Source: Craspedostauros australis (lineage: Eukaryota). From it: a stretch of 58,972 nt of DNA. A program made the translations under genes and the position numbers. Positions 1 through 9,357 of the stretch are shown in pieces (the first letter of the stretch is position 1; the number at the start of each line of letters is the position of its first letter). The stretch is from assembly GCA_030167865.1 (NCBI GenBank), contig JALAGF010002723.1, positions 1-58,972 on the forward strand, given 5' to 3'. The notes beneath the pieces are model-generated. The model ran no database searches. It had not been told where the DNA came from and saw only the letters and a list, made by a program, of their open reading frames with translations.

Positions 1-801
1 AGGACGATCGAGTAAAAAGGTGGGGTTCGTGCTGTCGTACTGTAGCCGTTCTTTGTTGCGCAGCAGCATGCCGTGGTGATCCTGTACACATACAGTCTTC
101 CAGTATCGTCACCCATGGAGCAGCAGCTGATCCATTCACATGGATATGCTTCAAGATAGATGCATGTTCAACATAGTGACGAGATGGACAGGTGGCAGGG
201 GTGCATGAGCTGGAGGGCGAGCAACGCATGGATTGCAGTTCAACTACACATCGTGTGTGTGGTAGCCTTTCATCACAGTATCGGTCTTGGGTACCGAATA
301 CTGCGTACGCGGAATGGACAGTCAGGTCCCGAGTCAGTCCCGGAGCTAGTCTGTCCCAACTCAGCCAATGAAACGAACAAAGAAAAAGAGAATGCGAACG
401 TTATGGTTTAACGTTGACTTCAAGAGAACGGACATGTCTGGATTCGTGGCGCCAAAAACACACGACTGGTAGTCCAAGGCCATTGTTGCGTCATGGAATG
501 TGACAATATTGTCTTTGAAATGATTTTTATGCATGGCTCCCAACTTCCGCAACAACGACGTCGCGATCTTTCGACACAACAGAGACAAGAGGAAGCAGAA
601 AGAAAGCCAGAATCTCAACAGAGCGGAGCATTCATTCATCACCACACAACACAATACTTGTACTTGTACTTGCACTTGCACACAGCTCGTAGCATATTCT
701 ACATAATACAACCTATTATATTCTATTACACCATACGAGTGCAACCCAACAGCATCAACACCATCGAGCAATCAAGCACCCATCAGCACAATACTCGTAA
801 C

Positions 802-1815
802 ATGTCTTCGCCTTCCACAGCCACGACGGCGGAAGCTTCCAGCGACTTGAAACAGTACTATCCGATCGGAAAGCCCGGAGTGGCATGGGGCGATGCGGAG
901 AAGGAGGCATGGAAGAAGCAGACGGTGGTGCAACGATCCTACCAAACCGATGTGCTGGATGTCCTGAGCACCGTCGAATCCGGCGATGGTCCATGGAAGG
1001 TGCTGCAGTACGGTGAACTGCCCATCGATCCCAAGCGCTATCCTCTCATGGCTTGCACCACGCGCGAACCGTCCAGCACGGGCAGCCAGAAACCGCTCGT
1101 GCTGGTCACTGGCGGCACGCACGGATACGAGATGAGCGGAGTCAAGGGTGCCATCAAGTTCATCACGCAAGAGGCCGCCAATCCGCACCACACGAAGCAC
1201 TTTGACATTGTGGTGTGTCCGTGCCTCTCACCATGGTCCTACGAACACAATCAACGCTGGCAACCGGACCTCCAGGATCCGAATCGCAGCTTCAAGGAGG
1301 GCAAGTGGCTGCCGGAAAGCGCGGCCCTGCGGGACTTTGTGCGCTCCATCGCAAGCACGGACGATGCGTCATGGATGTGCCATCTGGATCTGCATGAGAC
1401 GACCGACACGGATGCGACGGAGTTCATGCCAGCGCGAGCCGCGTACAATGGAGAGAAGACGCACAAGTTGGACATCATCCCGGATGGATTCTATCTCGTG
1501 GCGGACTTGGACAAGGTCGAGGTGGATTTCCAGAAGGCAGTGATCGAGAGCGTGAAGCAGGTCACGCACATCGCGCCACCCGATGCCGATGGCAAGATCA
1601 TTGACGAGCCCGTGCTTGCCGACATCGAAGGGGTCATCGCGGCTCCATCCGTCAAGCTCGGTCTTTGCATGAGCCTCACGGGGGCGACGTATGCCACAAC
1701 GACCGAGGTGTACCCGGATTCGCCCAAGGTCACGGATGGTGACTGCGACAATGCCCAGATCGCCGCCGTGCGCGGTGCGCTGGATCACATCATGAAGATC
1801 AAGGGCCTGTCGTGA
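802..1815 (+). CDS. M14-family zinc metallocarboxypeptidase (succinylglutamate desuccinylase/aspartoacylase-like), intronless
   Basis: ATG at 802 is in frame with ORF 493..1815. M14 motifs: GGTHGYE (HxxE Zn ligands), DPNRSF (NR), LDLHET (third Zn ligand) and C-terminal TTTEVYPDS (catalytic Glu). The upstream part of the ORF is low-complexity UTR-like sequence. Confidence 0.85.
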   Translation: MSSPSTATTAEASSDLKQYYPIGKPGVAWGDAEKEAWKKQTVVQRSYQTDVLDVLSTVESGDGPWKVLQYGELPIDPKRYPLMACTTREPSSTGSQKPLVLVTGGTHGYEMSGVKGAIKFITQEAANPHHTKHFDIVVCPCLSPWSYEHNQRWQPDLQDPNRSFKEGKWLPESAALRDFVRSIASTDDASWMCHLDLHETTDTDATEFMPARAAYNGEKTHKLDIIPDGFYLVADLDKVEVDFQKAVIESVKQVTHIAPPDADGKIIDEPVLADIEGVIAAPSVKLGLCMSLTGATYATTTEVYPDSPKVTDGDCDNAQIAAVRGALDHIMKIKGLS

Positions 1816-2365
1816 ACGTGGACGTGAGCGTGAGCGTCAACACGATCGTGAACAGAGAGGCGTGAGTCAGAACGGATGGATGAGGCAGAGCATCCAAATA
1901 ATGCGTGCTCTAATAGTCGACTCTGTTCGTATTGGACATTGGTGGACACAGGTTTAGGCTTTTTGTCGAGACCGCGATTTGGCATACCCTGATTCGTTCG
2001 TGATTGCGGGAGAGCTGATGACGTCACATTGGTGACTGACACATGTCGGCTTCTCGTTGCCGTGGTATCTTCCGATCAGGATGACATCATCGTGAAGGTA
2101 ACCAACGTTCGGTGTCACACGCCAACATCCAAAAGATTGGTTTTCTGCCGTGTTGGCAGGAAGAGAGAGATCTTCTTCTGAAACAGTTGACAACACTGGC
2201 CACTGCCGCCGTAACGGCAGCTTCATCCTTCTCTCTCTGTCTGTCTCTGTCTCTTTCCATCTCCGCGTCTGTCTCCGTCATCGGGAATCTCCAATAAAGC
2301 AAAGTCGACATTCCATCCCATCACGTCACAACTCAGCGCAACTCGTCACAACGCAGTTCACCTTG

Positions 2366-2395
2366 TCACATCACATCACATCACATCACATCACA
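2366..2395. repeat. (TCACA)6 microsatellite upstream of the antiporter start
   Basis: Six perfect tcaca units read directly. Confidence 0.9.
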
Positions 2396-2446
2396 ACTCC
2401 ACACAACTCATCACAAATCAATCTGAATCGGCAAGAAGAAAGAAAT

Positions 2447-4039
2447 ATGAAGGTCGGCCAGAGCTCATCGTGGAAGTCCATGGCCTTGATGGCCCTGCTG
2501 TCTGCTTCGGCGGTCACGCACATGTGCGAAGCCAAGAACCAGGCAGGCGCCAGTGCGAGCGTCAGAGCAAGCGTTCCAATCACGCAGTCCATCCACCGCC
2601 GAACATCCGCCAACAAGCCATCGGCATGGGTCCACGCCGTCCCACGCGGTGGCAACGCCGCTGCAGCGAAAGAGGCAGTCACTGCCGGAGCCAAGGCCGC
2701 GGCCGCCTCCACTACCAGCAACGTCGGCGTCGCCGGCATGGTCCAGGAATCCATCACCAGCCTGCAGTCCTTCCTCACGGGCACACGCGCCGACACCCTC
2801 ATCCTCCTCGTCACGACGGCGCTCAACACCCCCATCTGCACGCAGCTGCTCAAGATCTCGCCTATCCTGGGATTCCTTGCCCTGGGAGTGCTGCTGGGAC
2901 CCAACGGATTGTCCTGCATTCACGACATCCACACCACGGAGCTCTTTGCCGACCTGGGAATCGTCCTCTTCCTCTTCGAGATGGGCATCCACCTTGACGT
3001 CAACACCCTCATCAGCATGCGCAGGGATGTCTTCGGATTGGGGTTGTCGCAGTTCCTCATCACCGGTGCTGCCATCGCCGCCATCTGCTCCTTCGTCATC
3101 GGCATGTCCGGCGCGGCCTCCCTCGTCATCGGCGGTGCCTTGGCTCTCAGCAGCTCCGCCTTCGTCCTGCAGTTGCTCAAGGACAAGGACCAGCTGTCCA
3201 CGCGTTTCGGCCGTTCCTCGTTCGGTGTCCTCCTGCTCCAGGATCTCGCCGTCGTGCCAATCCTCGTCCTCACTCCATTGCTGGGCGGCAGCGGAGACGG
3301 TTCCATGGCACAGGCCCTGAGCCAGGCCGGCGTCCAGGCGGCCATCGCTCTGACCATCATCGCTGTCGCGGGCAAGCTCCTCGTCGGACCATTCTACAAG
3401 CTCGTAGACTCCGCCAAGAACCAGGACTGCCTCGTCGGCGCCGTCCTCGCCACCGTCCTCACCTGCTCCTTCCTCACCGAAGGTCTCGGACTGTCCAACA
3501 CCCTCGGCGCCTTCCTCGCCGGCGTCCTCATGAGCGAGACGCCCTACAAGCACGACGTCGAACGCGAGATCTCACCGTTCCGCGGCATCCTCGTCGGCCT
3601 CTTCTTCTTCACCGTCGGCTTCGAGATCGACTTGCCCCTCATCTTTGGCCAGCCCGCCAAGGTGGCCGGCATCGTCGCCGGCCTCATGACGCTCAAGGCC
3701 GTGCTGGCGGCCGGCATCGCCAAGGCCTTCGGTCTGCCCACCAACATCGCGCAGCACGTCGGCCTCATCCTGAGTCAGGGTGGAGAATTCGCCTTCGTCA
3801 CGTTCCGATTGGCGCGCAGCGTCGGGATCCTCACGGCCGAGCAGACCAAGCTGCTGCTGACCTGCGTCAGTCTCACCATGGGCCTCACGCCGTTCCTCGA
3901 GGAGTTGGGTGCCAGCATTTCGGACAAGATGGCGGCGCCCGTTGCGGTGGCAGCGCCAGTTGTTGCCGAAGTCCCGACCACCAGCAGCGACAGCAAGCGC
4001 GGTTTCAAGATTTTCGGGAAAGGCAAGAAGAGTGATTAA
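2447..4039 (+). CDS. CPA2-family K+/H+ antiporter (KEA/KefB-KefC-like) with N-terminal signal peptide and no C-terminal KTN/RCK domain
   Basis: Motifs SPILGFLALGVLLGP, LGIVLFLFEMG, ALSSSAFVLQLL, GVLLLQDLAVVP, LGAFLAGVLMSET, PFRGILVGLFFFTVG and LSQGGEFAFV. Hydrophobic N-terminus MALMALLSASAVTHMCEA. ATG at 2447 is in frame. Confidence 0.9.
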   Translation: MKVGQSSSWKSMALMALLSASAVTHMCEAKNQAGASASVRASVPITQSIHRRTSANKPSAWVHAVPRGGNAAAAKEAVTAGAKAAAASTTSNVGVAGMVQESITSLQSFLTGTRADTLILLVTTALNTPICTQLLKISPILGFLALGVLLGPNGLSCIHDIHTTELFADLGIVLFLFEMGIHLDVNTLISMRRDVFGLGLSQFLITGAAIAAICSFVIGMSGAASLVIGGALALSSSAFVLQLLKDKDQLSTRFGRSSFGVLLLQDLAVVPILVLTPLLGGSGDGSMAQALSQAGVQAAIALTIIAVAGKLLVGPFYKLVDSAKNQDCLVGAVLATVLTCSFLTEGLGLSNTLGAFLAGVLMSETPYKHDVEREISPFRGILVGLFFFTVGFEIDLPLIFGQPAKVAGIVAGLMTLKAVLAAGIAKAFGLPTNIAQHVGLILSQGGEFAFVTFRLARSVGILTAEQTKLLLTCVSLTMGLTPFLEELGASISDKMAAPVAVAAPVVAEVPTTSSDSKRGFKIFGKGKKSD

Positions 4040-5007
4040 TGTGGCGTGCATTGTCGTGGCATGGTGTGATGTGTGATGATGAACTTGATGCAGGCGAGAA
4101 GCCGCGTAAGGCAAGGTCAGTCTTGGATGCGGTGCGTTGCACTGCTCTGCTTCATGAACAAACACGGAACGCATCCACTCACATCGGACCGCTAGCTATG
4201 CTGGGTCGTGCAGAGTACGATCGTACGACTGTGCACAAGCACAAGTACGAGTGTGGCACTGCGCAGCTCAGCTTAAACGTAGACCAAGTGTTAGAACTGC
4301 TACGACTCTAGCTGGAACAATACGATCGTCGGTACGAGGAGTAGAACACTCTGCGATCTACAAGTACCTCCCTGGATGGCGGCAGCGATGTTATGCCCCA
4401 AAACGGAAAAGCAAAATTTGCGCAAGTTGTACAGACAGTTTTGCTGTTGGAATTGGATTATCGTTTTTTACATTGAGCTTGTTCTGACACACCACAAACC
4501 ACAACCACTCACACCAGAAAAAGAGAAAAAATAGATCCATCATCGAGACATCAGCCAACAAAGAACAAACGATGGCATGAGCAGAGAGGAGCCACCCATC
4601 AAGAGAGAGAGAGAGATCCACAGCAGGACATCAGACAATCCATTCCAAGTTTTGGCACTCGCAGAATAGAGAGAGAGAGGACTTGATTTGTCAGATCGTA
4701 TTGTATCATTTAATATTATAGAATATAATATAATAGAAATCACTGTGAGGAGTGCATTGACGTGAGAAGTTGGTGAGAAAGCCAAGCTCCTGAGCATCGA
4801 AGCAAGGCATCTAAACAAACAACATCAGTGTCAATGCGAGTACAGGCAGAGGAACACAAACAGAGGAGTTCAGAGAGAGGAGGATAGTGCTACCATACTA
4901 GCACGAGCGCACATGGCGAATAGTCAAGCAGAGTAGAATTGAGTGCAGCAGTGCAGGAGCGCAACAGTGCGGCAGACATCCTTGATCAGAAGTGTCAAAG
5001 ACGCATC

Positions 5008-7035
5008 ATGGCGACAGACGGCGTGGACAATCAACACGAACCGCACCTGACACACATCAGCAGCAGCAGCATCAGCAGTCATACTCTCACAAGCGATTGC
5101 GAGCATCCACATCCACAGCATAGACAACAGCAAAAGGCAACGCGACGCCGCAGAAGGCATCGTTCTGTCTCGGTGTCTCTTATGACCATTCTTTCCACGA
5201 TGATTCTGCGGACGACGTGCCGCAACCACGCAGCTGCCTTTCAGACTGGAGCACGAGCAGGGAAACGGTCAAGGAATTCCTTGCTTGTGGGGCACGGCAC
5301 CTCATCATCCATTTCCAATCAATTCCTTCGGCACCAATCGCGAGTCCCAGCTTCGTTCGCTTCATCCGCATTTGTGACGCAACCATTCCACCAGTTCGGC
5401 AATCATCAAACATACGCTACACGGTCGTGGTCAACATCATCATCATCATCGCTGACATCGCTGAATGCTTCAGGGAAGGACCATGATGATAGCACAGCAG
5501 TCACCACCAAAGATGGCAAAAGCATCAACATCAACCAAACACCAAAAGGTGGTAGTTGCCAAGGAAATGGCACCAGCAACAGCAAAAGCAACAGCAACAG
5601 CAAGAGCAAACTTGAGTATCTCATCAAGAACTGGAGAAAGCATCCTTCGCTCGATATCACCCTCACGTTCCCTACGTGGCTGGTGCCATCGGCGTCCGTA
5701 CAGACCATACTCAAGGATTCGGAGCTGCAGCAGTACTTGCCGTACACCGCACCCAATGTCGACGACGTGACGAATCCCATCTCGCAGGTGCTGCAAAGCG
5801 TGCACCCGCGCATCAAAATCGTGCAGGCCTCTGACCAGAAAACGCACAGGCGGTTGCTGCGATCACCCACGCTGTCAGTGGACGATCCTCTGCCTCAACC
5901 CGTGCTGGACACCTTGGCACGTCATGGCGTCACGGATGGTCCCGTCTACACTGCGCACATACCCTACTACCAGCTCACCTTCAGCTACATCCTCACCCAG
6001 CTGCTGCCCATACCACCACCCACATCCTACGAACAGATCGGCCACATTGCGCACTTCAATCTCATTCCATCGCTCTTGGTGTACGGCGAACTGATCGGTC
6101 AGGTCCTCGTCGACATCAACCCCACCATCCACACCGTCGTGACGAAGGTGGGCGAGGTGTCGGGACCCCACCGTACCTACCCCCTCAAGGTCCTGGCCGG
6201 ACCCACCGAGACGCGGGCGATACACATCGAGCACGGTCTGTCAGTGCGGTTGGATGTCGCCAGCTGCTACTGGTGCACGCGGCTGTCAGGAGAACGGCAG
6301 GTGCTGCTGCAAAGCTTCGAACCCTACGACGTCGTGGCGGACGTCTTTTGCGGTGTGGGGACCTTGCCGATGCTTGCGAATCGCGACAAGAACTGCACCG
6401 TGCTGGCGAATGATTGGAACCCGTCGGCCATTAAGTACTTCGAGACCAACTTGGAGCACAACGGGTTGCCGGCGGAAGATTTCTTCCTGAATTGCGGTGA
6501 CGGACATGAGTTCTTGTCGACGTTGGGAAATCCCGTGTTTGATGATGGCATTGGTGGTCGCGCTCGTGGTAGCTACGGGAAATTCACGACAACGAAGCTG
6601 GCGCGACGAGATGAAAACGATGACTGGCGACCGCTGCGTTTGCCGGATCACATCGTCATGAACTATCCATTGGAGGCACCCACGTTCTTGACGGCGCTGA
6701 GGAACTGGTCCAAGGAGGCATTCGATCGGCATGCGGAAGAGCATGAGAAGCTGCCACGATTCCATGTCTACACATTTGCCAGAACGAGCGCACGAGAAGC
6801 ACCATCGGAATCCCTGACGACGGCCGAAGAGGAAGTCGCCGTGAAGCTGATCGCCGAGCAACTCGTGCCGGGCGAGCATGACGATTATCGGCATGAGCTC
6901 GACTACAACTACGGGTGCAACGTCTCAACGAGAGCCGTGCGGGATGTTGCGCCTGGTAAGATGGTGGTGTGCGTCAGCTTTACGTTGACGTCACCGCTGC
7001 TGTATAACATTCAACATGGCGCTCATACGAGATGA
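5008..7035 (+). CDS. TRM5: tRNA (guanine37-N1)-methyltransferase, TRM5/Met-10+ family; start could be 5008 or 5182
   Basis: SYEQIGHIAHFNL, YWCTRLSGER, SAM-binding VADVFCGVGTL, LANDWNP, HIVMNYP (NLP-like motif), FHVYTF and VRDVAPGKMVVCVSF are all TRM5 hallmarks. Confidence 0.85.
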   Translation: MATDGVDNQHEPHLTHISSSSISSHTLTSDCEHPHPQHRQQQKATRRRRRHRSVSVSLMTILSTMILRTTCRNHAAAFQTGARAGKRSRNSLLVGHGTSSSISNQFLRHQSRVPASFASSAFVTQPFHQFGNHQTYATRSWSTSSSSSLTSLNASGKDHDDSTAVTTKDGKSININQTPKGGSCQGNGTSNSKSNSNSKSKLEYLIKNWRKHPSLDITLTFPTWLVPSASVQTILKDSELQQYLPYTAPNVDDVTNPISQVLQSVHPRIKIVQASDQKTHRRLLRSPTLSVDDPLPQPVLDTLARHGVTDGPVYTAHIPYYQLTFSYILTQLLPIPPPTSYEQIGHIAHFNLIPSLLVYGELIGQVLVDINPTIHTVVTKVGEVSGPHRTYPLKVLAGPTETRAIHIEHGLSVRLDVASCYWCTRLSGERQVLLQSFEPYDVVADVFCGVGTLPMLANRDKNCTVLANDWNPSAIKYFETNLEHNGLPAEDFFLNCGDGHEFLSTLGNPVFDDGIGGRARGSYGKFTTTKLARRDENDDWRPLRLPDHIVMNYPLEAPTFLTALRNWSKEAFDRHAEEHEKLPRFHVYTFARTSAREAPSESLTTAEEEVAVKLIAEQLVPGEHDDYRHELDYNYGCNVSTRAVRDVAPGKMVVCVSFTLTSPLLYNIQHGAHTR

Positions 7036-7187
7036 AAGGCGAGACGTATGGTAGCAAAGATGTCAGTAGAATAGTATCCCAGGAGAGTCCCGTGAAGTAC
7101 CATACTCGTACGATAGCGTGCTCTAATAGAATCTCATTTCTCAACAACTGTACTGTACCGTGACGTGCTGCATTGCATCGTGCTGCT

Positions 7188-7774
7188 CTATTGATCTTGG
7201 GTGTACTTGGTATCCCTGCCGAAGGCAATTTCATCCAGAGCCTGTCCGCTGCGCTGATACAGTCCACCCTTTTCGATGAAATTGGGACATGGGCGGTATG
7301 CCTTGATGGGCCACCATGGAAAGATCACTCCGATTCCACCCAGGATTCTGCACCAGTGTATGGTACGAGCATGATTGCGTGCAGAATAGAAGCGTGCGGG
7401 TACGCAATACAGCATCAGCACGCAAAGCGAAGAAGCAGAGTATTTGCAGAACACGAGAAGGGCAATTTGTGAGATGTGCGAGTACGTGATTGTGACAATA
7501 GACTAATGAAGTGGAAGAGACTCGACGCGCACATGGTTGAAGAATGCATTGCGTTGCATTGCGTTGTATCGTACCTTCCGCTGCCGTCGCACAGGTCACA
7601 GTCTGCGCACTTGACGGCCACCGGCGGTGGTACCTCGATTTCTGGCTCCGGTTCAGCATCTTCCGTGGACTTGAGGTGGAACGACCGCTGCGCTGGTCGT
7701 GTGGCGGCGGAAAAGCCGTGGACCGAAGTTGCCACGAACAGGACCAGGAGGAGGATGGATGCAAAGCTCTTCAT
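7188..7774 (-). CDS. Small plastid-targeted Cys-rich protein (DnaJ-type CxxCxGxG zinc-finger-like); exons 7774-7575 and 7347-7188, ~119 aa
   Basis: Signal peptide MKSFASILLLVLFVATSVHG followed by F (diatom ASAF-type cleavage). Donor AG|GTAC at 7574 and acceptor CAG| at 7348 join in frame to give CADCDLCDGSGR-ILGGIGVIFPWWPIKAYRPCPNF. Confidence 0.75.
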
Positions 7775-9357
7775 TTGTTGTTTCGATTCAAGTGCTGATA
7801 GATGTTATCGATGGAGTTGTTGGCGTTGTAGTATCAGACGCCTGTTTCTGAAACCGTTCTCGACGTTTGAACGGCCGTCCACCGTTTCATCATGGTCGTT
7901 ATCAACGTCATCGTCCCCGTCGTCCCTGTCGTTGTCGCCACCGATCCAACGTTCAAGTTGCTGGGAGATGACGGACTTAATTAGTCTCAATACTAATATT
8001 CTTGAACGTCCACAAATGGCGCGCAATCCGAGAAAACACGGAATGGATGGGAGCCTCCAATACCAAGCGCAGAACCTGCACCATTCTGAACCCTCCTCTA
8101 CTTTCATTGCAAGGAACGACTTGGCTGCCTGTCGGACAGTGAACGGAATGCAGCATGTAGATTGTTTGTTGCAATGCTCTGTGGAGAGATCGCTTCAGTT
8201 TGGAATCGGTCTTCAGCTGCGAAGATCTCCGCAATCATCATTGCGTCACATGTGCATACTGGAGTAGAGCGCTCTTATCTAATATTGTCATGCTGTATAA
8301 TGGATAGGGGTATCACACTGACAACCCACTCGTATAGCAACCAAGTGCATCAGACTTCATTCCTCCATCTCCACTGTCATCTCTCTCTCTCTCCCTCTCT
8401 ACATTGCATCTCCAAGACTGTGGTCCAAACAAGGATCATTGAATCACCCTCCGATTTCGCGCCACCACAGCGTGGGCGAAGGTTGGGTCGCGAAGTGGTT
8501 GACGTCATTTTGTCCGAAACTCTGACGTCGGTCACGGTGACACATAATTCGTGGTCGGAAACAGCTGCAATCCAGTTGGGCCAGATGACTGTGAAGATGT
8601 CGAAGTGTCAACAGCTGCAAAAAGAACAGGGTGTGATGACTCGAACGAATGCGTTTTTGGGCGATGAAATTTTGTGTCGGTTGTTTTGGGATGACGCGAA
8701 ACAACGTATTGGCGCGGAACGTATCAACGAACAGATGTTATGTCGACGTGGGCAGGAGAATCGGCGCAATCAGGCGATGCAAGAAGGCCTGTGGACGCGA
8801 CCCACCATCACTCTGTCATCCCCCTTGTCGCGTCGCTTCCTCTTCCTCGGAGGTCCGAGGATCCTTCATGGCTTCTCGCGACGCAAAGAGGCAGACACAA
8901 CACGGCGCAAGAGGCAAGGGGGAGGGCAGAGCAAGACAGAACAAAAGACCAAGATCGCCACGGATCACACCACACACCCTTGCTCCGATCAAACCGAAGA
9001 GGTGCAGGCATCACAAACCCCGCCACCACCCACAACATTCTCCTTGTGCGCATCAAAGCAGAGGGGACAAAGAGGCACAGCATCAACAGAAGCTCATCGT
9101 GCAGCTGTCTGTTCGCAGTTGTGCACTTCACACCATCTGCTGCAAGAGCCCTTCGACGAGTCTCTGCCATTCTGTGTCTGTCGACCTCGATCTGCTCTGC
9201 TCCATTGTGACTCCACAAGTAGCTCGTGCTGGCATTCCTCCACCTCCATCGCAGAACGTTGTCAACGGAGCAAGATCTGCAATAGCATCACCCACAAACA
9301 TCACACACAAACACCACACAAACACCACATAGTTCCATCGTCACGCATCTCCGCGGC

